From assembly GCF_963853765.1 (NCBI RefSeq), contig NC_088854.1, forward strand, positions 13,330,001-13,394,000: a stretch of 64,000 bases of DNA, written 5' to 3'. Position 1 is the stretch's first letter. The number at the start of each line of letters is the position of its first letter. The notes under the pieces are model-generated. The model made no database searches. It saw only the letters and a program-made list of their open reading frames with translations, and was not told the DNA's origin. This stretch comes from Magallana gigas. Its lineage: Eukaryota. The position numbers and the translations under genes were made by a program. Below are positions 1-11,614 of the stretch, piece by piece.

Positions 1-1145
1 CTACCCTACCCCGGGGACCATGATTTGAACAAATTTAAATCTACACTATCTGAGAATGCTTCCACTCAAATTTGAGCTTTCCTGGCCAAATAGTTTTTGA
101 GAAGAAGATTTTTAAAGATTTTCTCTATATATCCCTATGTAAAACTTGATCCCCCCATTGTGGCCCCAACCTACCCCCAGGGACCATGATTTGAACTCTG
201 AGGATGCTTCCACTCAAATTTGAGCTTTCCTGGCCTAATAGTTTTTGAGAAGAAGATTTTTAAAGATTTTCTCTATATATTCCTTTGTAAAACTTGATCC
301 CCCAATTGTGGCCCCAACCTACCCCCAGGGACTATGATTTAAACAAACTTGAATCTACACTACCTGAGGATGCTTCCATTTTAATTTGAGCTTTTCAGGC
401 CTAATAGTTTTTGAGAAGAATTTTTTAAAGATTTTCTCTATATATTCCTATGTAAAACTTGATCCCCCCATTGTGGCTCCACCCTACACCAGGGACCATG
501 ATTTGAACAAACTTGAATCTACACTATCTGAGGATGCTTCCACTCAAACTTGAGCTTTCCTGGCCAAATAGTTTTTGAGAAGAAGATTTTTAAAGATTTT
601 CTCTATATATTACTATGTAAAACATGATCCCCCTATTGTGGCCCCACCCTACCCCTGGGGACCATGATTTGAACAAACTTGAATCTACACTACCTGAGGA
701 TGCATCCACTTTAATATGAGCTTTTCTGGCCAAATAGTTTTTGTGAAGAAGATTTTTAAAGATTTTCTCTATATATTCCTATGTAAAACTTGATCCCCCA
801 AATGTGGCCCCAACCATACCCCCGGGGACCATGATTTGAACAAACTTGAATCTACACTATCTGAGGATGCTCCCATTTTAATTTGAGCTTTTCTGGCCTA
901 ATAGTTTTTGAGAAGAAGATTTTTAAAGATTTTCTCTATATATTCCTATGTAAAACTTGATCCCCCCATTGTGGCTCCACCCTACCCCAGGGACCATGAT
1001 TTGAACAAACTTGAATCTACACTATCTGAGGATGCTTCCACACAAGTTTAAGCTTTTCCGGCTGAATAGTTTTTGTGAATAAGATTTTTGAAAAATACCA
1101 ACAAATTTTCAATAATTCTCAATTATCTCCCCTTTAAAGAGGGCT

Positions 1146-1182
<37 letters not shown>

Positions 1183-1298
1183 TAGTGGTGCTTTGTGCCA
1201 AATTTGGTTGAAATCTGCCCAGTGGTTCTTGGGAAGAAGATGAAAATGTGAAAAGTTTACAACAACAACAACAACGACGACAACGACAGACAACGGAC

Positions 1299-1330
<32 letters not shown>

Positions 1331-1350
1331 TGGCTCAGGTGAGCTAAAAA
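1..1350 (+). mobile_element. Non-autonomous Helentron (HINE)-like element, 3' part, with an internal ~166-bp tandem satellite (Cg170-like); left end outside window
   Basis: The GGACCA/GGACTA anchor recurs at 15, 181, 329, 493, 659, 826 and 991 (periods 166, 148, 164, 166, 167, 165). It is followed by a unique core, an (ACA/ACG)n microsatellite at ~1258-1295 and the terminal hairpin AGCTCACTTGAGCC-TTT-GGCTCAGGTGAGCT (1315-1345) ending in an A-run. This architecture matches oyster HINEs as I recall them. Confidence 0.8.
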
Positions 1351-3063
1351 CTAGAATATCAATATATTTTTAATAAACTAAATAAATTTTGCAAATTTGT
1401 CATACAAGTCTGGTTCTAGCAAGGTGAATGGACCATTATTTTTCAAAATACTCATTTATATAATTGATGCATCCTAAATAGGAAGTTGTGTGTTGTGCCT
1501 GTTACTTACTGATCATGAATTTTTTCACAATTCTCTTGAATTTTTTTCTTTTCTGACTCTAATCTTTTTATATCTCCAGAATAAGCTTCAAGGCTGCAAA
1601 AAATCAAAAAAGTTGGTTATAATATTGCCTTAGCTTTCCATTCACCACTGTACAAGCAACAAAGGTGTGGAATGTAAACATATAATGTGATCAATAGGCA
1701 AATCAGTTTTTAATTCAATTAAATTTTGTAGCTGATAAGATATGCATGTACAGCCATTTTAACAAAAGCTTGGATTTTCGGTTTGATGTTTCTATCTAGT
1801 TTCTCATCAAAACAAGCTGTCAAATATTGACCTCTTTTCTTCTTATTTGTTAGAGGCAGCTTATTAATGTTCATAGAAAGTCAAAATTAAAAAAAAATTC
1901 CCCAAGAACTGCTCTGTTGGGTGAAATTGCCATTATTTTAACTGAAATATTCAAGGGTCAATCGAAAAATACGAAGACAATGTGGCTGTCTATTTCATAT
2001 TTTTCATTTAAGTCATCACTATCAGATTAATTTATGGAACAATAATTATTTTATGGATATTCGAAGTTTCATTCCATTTGATGAAAAGGTATTTTTGTTA
2101 CCGATTTTAAATTCAATAGGTTTTGTCACCTCGGCACACGGTAACGTTGAGAACAGGGCATCAAAATGACGCATGCACAGTTAATAGAAATATCCAAACT
2201 TTATATCACCCCGAGTCTTTTGTCCTTTTCACCATACAATTTAAATCGGCACTATATCACTTGACATCTAATTTGTTCACATTTGTTCGAAAATTATAAG
2301 TTAGTCCCTCGAAGTTTTCTTCTTTTTTACCGCATGTCTCTTCATTTACACTAAGAAAATACCTGAATGTCAGATGACGGTGTTTATTTTTTGATTAAAT
2401 ATCTACAGATGTTCTACTCTCTTTCGTACTGTTTGGTGTTCAAAATACATTTACCACAACCCCCACAAATTGTGTTAGAGTTATATACAAATGTGCAAAT
2501 AATTTTTGACTTATTTTTTCCATCATTGAGCATTTTCACAGTTTTTATCGGCTTTTACCAAAGTTCGATCCATACTTTTTATACTTTTTGTTGCGCTGTG
2601 ATGTCCGGCGACGTCAATGTTTTTAGTCAATTTTAAAAAGGACTATATGTCTTTAGTTACTGATATATATTCAACAAATCTATATATCCCATCATTATTT
2701 GGTACATAGACTAATATGCCAATTTTCAATTTTAGGTCTCAATATTACTTGGTTTTAAGCCCAATTTATGGAGATATTACTTTCAACATAATATGGTTTA
2801 TTGTTGACAGAACACAAAGTTTGACCGTGCGCCGTGACCTCATTTTTGCAGGATTGGATTCTAAACAATTCTTAGATATACAGGAATATATGATCCTTTT
2901 TAATTTCAAATTGTTTGAAACAATTGCTAAATTACGTCTTCTAAATTTAGTAATAATATGACGTTAAATAAAAGAGCTATGGCAAAAGTCTTCGTATTTT
3001 TTTATTGACCCTTGTACATCCCCAAATGAAGTACGTCAGACAAGTGTCATTGCATGCATATAC

Positions 3064-3224
3064 CCTCTGTTGTAATGGTAATGGTATTCAGATGGTAATT
3101 TGTACAATGTAACTTTTCACTGTATATAAATTTCACTAAAGTTGATTACCTTTGTCTTAATTCATCATGTTTGGTCTCTGATGCCTCCTCACTAGCTTTC
3201 CCTCTAGATTTCCCTCTCCTCTCA
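3064..3224 (-). CDS. Two probable internal coding exons (3150-3224 and 3064-3119) of the unrecognised minus-strand gene
   Basis: On the minus strand, TTCTTTATCTTTCAG|...|GTAATC bounds a 75-nt exon (ERRGKSRGKASEEASETKHDELRQ) and TTTATATACAG|...|GTATAT bounds a 56-nt exon (EKLHCTNYHLNTITITTE). The phases are mutually compatible. Linkage to the 5046-5540 exon is not resolved. Confidence 0.35.
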
Positions 3225-5045
3225 CTGAAAGATAAAGAATCTCCCGCATGTCATATTGCTAAATAATAGTAAAAAATAAACACTAAAAAAGTAAATGTAA
3301 ACAGCAAAAAAAAGATGATAGCCAATACAGAGAAATCAAAGCAAATAATTGATTTAGGAATGGAATTTTTTTAAAAAAGGTGCAGCCTGTTCATTCTCCT
3401 GGAAAATACAAGAGCATCTAAATGTCTGTTGCAATGCATTCTGAAACAAACGTGGAAATTGAAATCATTTATCTTTCTGTCAACTGGAGCTGAGTAATTA
3501 TATCTGCTTTCTTTCGATCCTCGTGGATCACATGGGGTGTAAGATTATATAAGCAGCAACAATGGAGGTTGATAGTCAGCTGCAGTTGAAGATTTTCACT
3601 TAATTCATATTAGGTGAGGACAAAACCTTGATAATAGGATATGTCTGTAGAAGGTTATCGAGACTTGATTTTAAAGTGTTTTAGCTAGTAATAGCTGTTA
3701 AGGTAAATAGGAAGCAAGTGCACTCCATGATATAGTAAATATTATTGATTGAAATAGTTCATTGAGAAAATTTATACTTGTAGTTAATTTATATACATGT
3801 ATCTCATAAATTGCTCAGGCAGAGCAGCTAAATATCAAAGCCCATAAATGTTACACAATGCATCTTAATGCATCAGTTTATCAATATTCATTTTAATTTC
3901 CATAGTTTCTGCAACTTAAAAAGTTGTAGATCTTAACTTATTTTTTTTCTCTGTAAGAAGGCATGTCACATACAGCAGGTGAGGTATGATTGATAACTTG
4001 GATTCCAAATTTTTTGTCCCTGCAAGTTTGGCTTGTCTGTTAAAGTCGTGGAACTGCCCCCCCCCCCCCCCCCCCCCCCACCACCAAAATTTTAAAAACT
4101 GATTATTTATCTGCAAAGCATATGCTAAATAACAATATCATGTATCCCCTGAAGCATCACCCCCTGCAAACTCATCTGTAAAGAAGTTTATGTACAGCAT
4201 CCAAGCAAAGGTGCATTAATGGGTAGATGGATTGGCATGAATTTGGGATTTATTTGGATGTTTGGGACCTGTATTGAATTGTTTAATCTGCTCCAAAGAC
4301 TCAAGGTAAGGCTAAAAATACATTATTCAGAGAGCCATAAGTATATGAGGGCAAAATAAAAGAGCTACTAATATTGAAAAAAGGAAGTGTTCCAAACATA
4401 CTCTACCATTCAAACTCCCATGACCAGTTCATTCATCCAGGAAATACAAAATCTAACACTGGTACATGTATTCTGTATCCATGGATGCTCCATCTTTGCA
4501 AGTTTAGTTCAGATAGGAAAAGCACATAGATACAGAACTTGTGAATGAGATCTGTCCTTAAAACTTCAACCTTTTCCAAAAAGAGGTACACCTAGTGATC
4601 CATGCTGAAAATTCAGTATTTGAAATCTGACTGGTATAATGTAACCCTTGTTGCAGCATTTGTGCAGCTCAGGTCTGTAATAGGCAATTCGGTGAATTGG
4701 GCATGGAACCTTCTTACTCTAAAAACTTGACCCTTGGCTGCTGACACCAACATAAATGCTGGTGGTATAAAGAAAACAAGACTCTTTGAATTACCTTTTC
4801 TGGGTTTGGTCACTTCCTTGTAATAATGGTTCACCCGGTACACCAGAGCACTACAACGTGAGGATTATATTTAAAAACCATCTGCTACAATTGTCCGATC
4901 TATACTTTTCAAATCTTTACATCTGATTGCAGGTAAAATGTAAAAACTGACGATAAACCAACAGCTTATTTTCATCCAGGTTTTTTTTATATCAATATTA
5001 ATCGTGTAGGTATACTAGTATATTGAATATGATATAATTTCATAC

Positions 5046-5540
5046 CTTGCATGAATCCAAAACATATTTAAGGTCTTCCTTTTTAAATTCACTAAGAAAT
5101 GTCCAATGCTTTCCATTGGCTAATCTTTCTAAAAAGTCAATAATGGGATCAGGACAATCTTTACAATTATCTTCAATAGTTTTCCATAGTTTTTCCTGCT
5201 TAGTAGCAGGTTTCTCGATGTCATTTACTATACCATCTACATCATCTGCTTTATTGTCTTGTTTTTTGTTTTTCTTCTTTTTCCCCTTTTTGGATTGTCC
5301 ATCTGTTTCATTGTCATTTGATTTCTCCCCACGCTGCGTCTCTCCCTTATCTACAACTTTGTCAGGTTCTGCTTCAACTTCTTTCTGCTGAGGTGAAAGC
5401 TTCGGTTCTTGGCTTTCATGTGATTCTTGAATTGGTTTTGAGTCTTCGTCTTTAACTACTGGGTTCTTTGAAGCTGTTGGTTCTGCTGAGTAATTCTTAG
5501 GTTTTTTACCTGCTGATTGTTGCCCTCTCTTTCGTCCCAT
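5046..5540 (-). CDS. First coding exon of an uncharacterised multi-exon gene: Lys/Glu-rich low-complexity N-terminus followed by a probable helical domain
   Basis: Part of the 200-aa ORF 5040-5642. Acceptor CTTATTTTTGAG| just upstream (exon start 5553), ATG at 5540 (MGRKRGQQSAGKKPK...), phase-0 donor AAG|GTATGA at 5046/5045. A candidate non-coding upstream exon ends at the AAG|GTACGA donor near 5992. No family recognised. Confidence 0.55.
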
Positions 5541-6795
5541 TTTGCTTTCCTTTCTCAAAAATAAGATACACATTGAAGAATTTGAAGTGGAATTTTTAAA
5601 AATTAAGTCATTATCATAAAAATATTTTCCTTTTGTATACAAATTTTAACACATTTAAATTTTATTTAATCATATAAATCAAATTATCTTAGATCTACAA
5701 TGTACATGTATATATACATCTGCTACTCCATAGACAAGTCTGTGTTGTAGCCAACTGATAGCTGATAATTAAGGAAAATGAAATGGATAAATTTTGCAAA
5801 AACGGATTGATGTGGTTTTAGTGTAACAAAAATGGAGGTCATATAATTACCGTATACGTTATTCATTCTACGATAAAAACTTAATGTTGTGTATGAACAT
5901 GTCTTAATTTCCGTCAGCTTACTATACATGTATACATCAACAATTTGATATTTTAAACATTTTCTTACTTTTATCAAAATAATTGTCGTACCTTAAAAAA
6001 ACGTGCAGAGATTTTTAACAAGATTCTTTTTCACGTTTCCTGTTTCACGAAGAATGTAGTATACCACCAAGAAATGTAACACACGAACGCTTGTCTGGCT
6101 AAGTCTACTTTCGTTTCGATTCTTCTTCCTGAATTGCGATTAGAGTTGTCTTTCTTTGAACATATATGTACAAGACTGAAAACTCATAGAGACTGGCAAT
6201 TCAAGTCTAACATCATATAAATAAGCCTTCTTATAATGATATTAATAGTAGAGAAATTGATATAGACATGGTAAGTATGACGTTCAGATTTAGAGGTATT
6301 AAACTATTTCTTAAAATCCAAAATGCTTTAAAATATTTAATGTGTGAATACGGATATATCAGTTATATTATATTATATGGTATATTTAAAAAGCAATACG
6401 AGCTGTAATTTTTAGAATTTAATTTTGCTGCAAAAACCTGCTAGTATGATAAGTCTGCATATAACTTAAACTTTTATAATGAATAAGATTTGAAAAAATC
6501 ATGAATTTTTGTCAAAGGACATATTTCTCTTCTAAGGAATACATATAGCAAATCAATTTTAAGGCTCCTTAACGGCATTTTCCACAAAAATATGGCTAAC
6601 AGAAATTTAAAAACCATGTTATTTTTGTTATTATAGTAGAAAAAATATTTTTCGATTTTGTAATGTTAGAGGCGTTTTATTTAATTATGTCTCTGGTAAT
6701 GTATAGTCCAATACAATGTACTGTTCATCATTGTGAATGATGATTTTAAAATCAAATCTTACATAACAATGACTAAAAATCATATAAATATAAGT

Positions 6796-6943
6796 AATAG
6801 GGAATCATTCCTTGAAAATTATGATGTGATCATATAGTGTCGGGGTCGGGCGTGATCAAATCTATCAGGGCTTTACTGCATGGATCTGATCACTTTCGAT
6901 CGTATTTGATCACCTCATTATACTCAAAGAATGATTCCTTATT
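6796..6943. mobile_element. ~150-bp palindromic miniature element (MITE-like)
   Basis: The left arm AATAGGGAATCATTCCTTGAAAATTATGATGTGATCA is an imperfect inverted repeat of the right arm (reverse complement AATAAGGAATCATTCTTTGAGTATAATGAGGTGATCA). Confidence 0.6.
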
Positions 6944-7534
6944 CCTTTAAATAAATTAATATACAGCAATTAAACAATCAATCAACTTTCAGGTAAGTAT
7001 CACATAAATTTTATACATTCATATCCCATATTGAGTATCGATTTTCCTTTTGTAGATCAGATAATATAATATTTTGTTTGTTTTACCTTAAACTTATTAT
7101 AATTATAAAAATATTATAAATAACATTTTTAAATTAAAAACACAAAACCAAATGAATCATACGGGGAAAAGGTCCAACGTACAGGCTTTATATATGATGT
7201 CCCCCGCCCCAAACGCGGGAAACGCATGCATGCATTTTATATGTAGACGGTGACGGGGTCTTATCTTCTGTTGTGCTCTGAGTAAATTCTTTAGAGTGGA
7301 CCCCGGACTGAATATAGTTAAGTCATATATCCATGTCTGTGCAAAACATATATCATAAGTACCCGTAATTAACTAAATAAAGACATCTGCCCATGTCTAG
7401 TATACTGAGATTTGCTACACATATAATTATATAGACTTTGAATTTCTCTGTATAGGATATCATTTCCCACAGTTGCCAACACCATTTCTCGTACGGGCAT
7501 CCCAGAGTAAGCACGAGCACTATCGAAAAATCAT

Positions 7535-7557
7535 ATGGACATTGGACGTTTCAGGTA

Positions 7558-7633
<76 letters not shown>

Positions 7634-7804
7634 GAAAACGAAAGTGATAGTAAAGTTTATGATTTCTGCGTATCCTGCTAAAAATAGATTCTTGATTTTT
7701 CCGAAACAATTCTAAAAATACATGATTACGTATGACTATATATAAAAATAAGACGGATTGAACAACTTCATTCCTCAAAAATGTGCACCTTAGCTCCACA
7801 AATG
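7535..7804 (+). CDS. Tentative 5' exons of the stand-alone RCR gene (7535-7554 and 7753-7804; alternative ATGs at 7781 or 7802)
   Basis: ATG GAC ATT GGA CGT TTC AG|GTAGGC, then AG|A CGG ATT ... CAA ATG|GTGAGT, gives an in-frame MDIGRFRRIEQLHSSKMCTLAPQM joining exon 8238 in phase 0. The donor at 7805 is strong, but the acceptor at 7752 lacks a pyrimidine tract. Confidence 0.35.
7562..7630. repeat. (TC)n microsatellite
   Basis: Perfect TC dinucleotide run of about 35 units directly after the GTAGGC donor. Confidence 0.95.
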
Positions 7805-8237
7805 GTGAGTAAAAATTTATAACAATTCCACATGGACTTAGTAAAAGAATCTCTCACTTTTCATGTTCACACTCTACCCTGTGCGATCTTCTTGTGCAGT
7901 TTTAGGTTATTTTTCATGTTTTAAATTGCATCCAATGTGGTACTATATAGCTGTTTATTTTCAATCCATGAGACTAATTATGTATTGCTAATAGAATGAT
8001 TACATTGTCAAATTTATTATACATGCCCCAGCACTCTTGAGCGGTAAATTATATTGAATTCTACTACGGATATTTACGGCGGAAACTTAAGTAATATCGT
8101 CATCTTTTCTGCAATTCTTCACCAATGAAATTGATATTATTTTTCTACACTGGCCTTTATTAAGGCCACCCGTATATTTTATATCTTTGATTATAAGTTA
8201 CATTTTTGTTGAGACTTTTGATTTATTTATTCAAAAG

Positions 8238-9981
8238 GAATTCTTCCAAACCTGCCGAAGACCTCTACCGTGCGGACACCCCTGCGGGGGGATCCCCAGC
8301 GAGAACTCCTGTGCCCCCTGTCTGGTGGAAGGGTGTCAGCCTCACTACGGGGACGGCTGTTGTCCTGTATGCGCCGATCCGTGGGCGTCAAACGCCGTCA
8401 TACAGGTAAATCTGAACCATTTTCTGAAAATGTACCAATAGATTACCTAACGTACTCCAGGTATGCTCAGGTATATTTATCTTAATTATCATCAAATCTA
8501 AACTTCCTTATACATGTAGTGAAATCCTTACAATTCAAATGAAAGTTGATTAAATACACTTGTTTTACAAAATTCAAAGTACATTTCATTTACTTTTTAG
8601 CTTGATTGTGGACACATATTTCATCACGCCTGCATCAAACAGATGCTACAAAATCGCTGGCACGGATCCAGAATTACGTTTGGGTTTATGACATGCCCAC
8701 TCTGTAAAGTAAGTTTTCTCGATTTCTCAAAAACGAAAGAAACTCTTTCCCACTGAAGGAAATATAAATAAAGGAGCTTCATTTGTATTACAGAGTTCCA
8801 TCAGCCACCCTGACTTGTATGAAATCATGAGTCAGCTGATTCACTTGTACGATCAAATAAAGTCAAAGGCTCTGACACGACTTCAGCACGACGGGTTGTT
8901 CAATTCAAGTGACGTCACAGACCCGTCAGGGAAATATTTCCAGGACCCCACTGGATTTGCTATGGACAGATACGCTTACTACATGTGTTCAAAATGTCAG
9001 CAGGTAGATAAAAATATAGTTATACTATATTTATTGTTTTCCTTTGATATTGTAATATACAATATTTTTTGTTTTGCCCATTGGGGTTTAACGTCAAAAT
9101 ATTACTAATATAATGTTTTGTATTAATCTTTTTTTTTTAAATAAATAACCCATTGAAGTTTTGACATGCAAATAGATCTATGCAATACTTTGTAGCCTTA
9201 CTTTGGAGGAGAAGGGCGTTGTCAAGAATCCGTGGTGGAAGTGGATCCGTCAGATTTGGTTTGCCCTCAATGTTCTGACACCACCAAAAACAAGGTCAGA
9301 AAATCAACCTTCACTTATAGACACAGTGGTGCTAATAATATCCTCCTAACTTCCCATGTTTTGAATTAATGAAAAATCTTGGCGCATAAGATATAATTTC
9401 TCGACTTCAGTGCACTCCTTTCTCTCTCTGTAGATCTGCTCCATTCACGGTGCCGAGTATGTGCTATACAAATGCCGATACTGTTGCTCGCCGGCTCTTT
9501 TTCACTGTTTCGGTACCACTCATTTCTGTGACCCCTGTCACAGCAACTACACAACAGTCCATAACAAACCAGCATCCAGCTTACCCAAATGTCCTGCAGG
9601 TAACGTGAGAAATATACCTGGGCCCTTTATCTGTTTGTGACAACTAACTACCCTTTCTTATCTTACTTTTTGTCTTTCTGTTTAATAAACTATTTGCTTT
9701 CTTGTCATTTAATTAACTATTGGTTAATTTTAATATGATAATTTATTTGTATTTATAAAAATATACGAGTAGAATCAAGATATGATGCAGACTAGAGGTG
9801 ATCCAAAATGGTTACCCCAAAACAGGGAAACGAACCTCTTTCACTACATATGTATTTATTTTTAGGACCTTGCGGGAAGCAACTCCCTGGCTCTGTTTGT
9901 CCGCTGGGGATGGACCACCCTCCCACGGGGGAAGAATTCGTCATCGGCTGTGCCATGTGTATCAACACTCACTCATTTTGA
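8238..9981 (+). CDS. Stand-alone MYCBP2-like RING-Cys-Relay (RING-H2 + tandem-cysteine) E3 ligase module, about 290-310 aa
   Basis: Six GT-AG exons: 8238-8405, 8601-8708, 8794-9003, 9196-9294, 9434-9599, 9866-9981 (TGA 9979-9981); 867 nt, open throughout. Translation includes CRRPLPCGHPCGG, CPVC...LDCGHIFHHAC...[61 protein letters not shown] and [21 protein letters not shown], colinear with the MYCBP2 C-terminus at 54044-55636. AATAAA at 10006-10011. Confidence 0.88.
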
Positions 9982-11433
9982 AATCATTGTACAAAGTTTG
10001 TTTTCAATAAAATGTTTTTGTTATACATTTTCGTTGTTGTTCTTTTTTTAATATCCACAATACATTGTCATCGTATAAAAATTTGTTTTCAAACCATGTT
10101 TGTTATATTTCTGATATATTCCCAGTAAAGCAATGATTATATTGGCAACATTATTCTATTTTGATTATTAAATGCAATACTGAATGTTACATTTCTGATG
10201 CGATATTCTATTATAATGCATTAATATGTGTAGGGGCGGCACATTTTAATCCGCTCCTCAACCTCAACCGCTGTCAAAAATTAAATTGATATTTGGATGA
10301 ATACAAAACAGACAGCGAGATATATATTGATTTTCTAAATATAAAAAAAATAGAGATACTAGTACTCAGAAAACGATTTGTTCAGAGCTCTGTAATAATT
10401 ATTGCAGACAATAAATTACTTGTACATAACCAGATAAAAGTGTCTGTGGGGAATAATGTAGATCAGTGTTTTCAATTTTAAAAAATGAAAAAAATTAAAG
10501 CGAAAAGAGAACACAAACTGTACATTGTATATACCGGTATATGTTTTTTTTTCACACAATTCATAATCATAAAAATAGTTTGCCTCTTCTTTCAAGACTA
10601 TCTTATTTCTAAACGATTTTTCTTGCTGTTGTTTGGTAGGTGAACATCGTCATTGTGCAATCATGACATTATGATACTAGTAACTTTGTAAGGGTGGATC
10701 AGTCAAATAAAAGTTGCTCGTCGTAGGGAAATTATTATTTCGGAAAATACCGGTATGCTGCCCTTAGAGTTTATTTATTTTTCCTCTTTTATTTTCAAAT
10801 GATTTTTTCCTACCAACATACCTTTTGGTGCTCCGCAAAATTAGGAAAGTTGGGAACTATTTATATTTCGAGATGACCCCTTTCAAAAACCAAGCGGTAG
10901 AATTCAACGTTTCTTGAAAGGTAACTGTGCTAGGATAAATCGATATCAGGTTAAAAGAAAATACATGTAATCAGATTTGGAATTGATACTTCACCAGTTT
11001 AACATTATATTTAAAACATATTAATGTGTCTAAGCCTATCCGGAAAAAAATGTCGTTTATTTCAGTGTGAGATATGCAAATATGAAAAGAGACACTATGA
11101 TACATGAATGTATATGTTTAAAGGTGGGAAATAGAGCAATTTCCGAGATTTGAGTTGAATTTTCGAAAACTTAGATTGTTTAAAACTGTTAAGGACACAC
11201 GAGACGTTCCTCAATTTTATATAATTTTCCTTGATATTTTATTCTTTATTTATTAACATTTAAACCTGTTGCTACCCCAAATATTAGGGAACATTACCAG
11301 GCTCTTTTCCGAGCTAGAATATTTCGAATTTTCCTTAAAATAGCATGCAAAATGCATTTGAATGCTTATAAATAAATCCATACTATACATTCCTTTATAC
11401 GGTATCTAAATAAAGAAAGAATCATATAACATA

Positions 11434-11436
11434 CAT

Positions 11437-11467
<31 letters not shown>

Positions 11468-11614
11468 GTCCGAAGGATAATTGTGTTTGCCAGGGGGGGG
11501 GGGGGGGTCCGAGGCATATTTTCGCGATAATTTTACTATGTAAATTTAATAAATTTTCATTTTCCAGGGGGGGTCGGGACCCCCCCCCCCGACCCCCCTC
11601 TAGATCCGCGCATG
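11434..11614. mobile_element. MITE with CATGCGCGGATC termini and internal poly-G/poly-C tracts
   Basis: Terminal inverted repeat CATGCGCGGATC...GATCCGCGCATG; ACATA is repeated on both flanks (possible 5-bp target duplication). Confidence 0.7.

Noticed and set aside
4057-4082. Poly-C/poly-G runs (also near 22711, 56505, 56617, 60900, 61272) as functional G-quadruplexes
   Set aside because: These are isolated homopolymers typical of repeat remnants, and their lengths are error-prone.
5046-5200. Faint resemblance of KLWKTIEDNCKDCPDPIIDFLERL to the EXD3/mut-7 N-terminus
   Set aside because: Based on a vague recollection only; no exonuclease motifs were found downstream and the available space looks too small.
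7473-7799. ORF-track proteins with SL/RE repeats
   Set aside because: They are translations of the (TC)n microsatellite.
8238-9981. Mini-RCR as an assembly artefact (haplotig duplicate) or a processed pseudogene
   Set aside because: It is only ~50% identical at protein level, has unrelated intron sequences at conserved positions, and has an uninterrupted frame; this is neither an allelic copy nor a retrocopy.
11189-11338. Second TTAA-flanked GG...CC segment (Kolobok-like)
   Set aside because: Inverted-repeat match is only GGA/TCC, too short to support.
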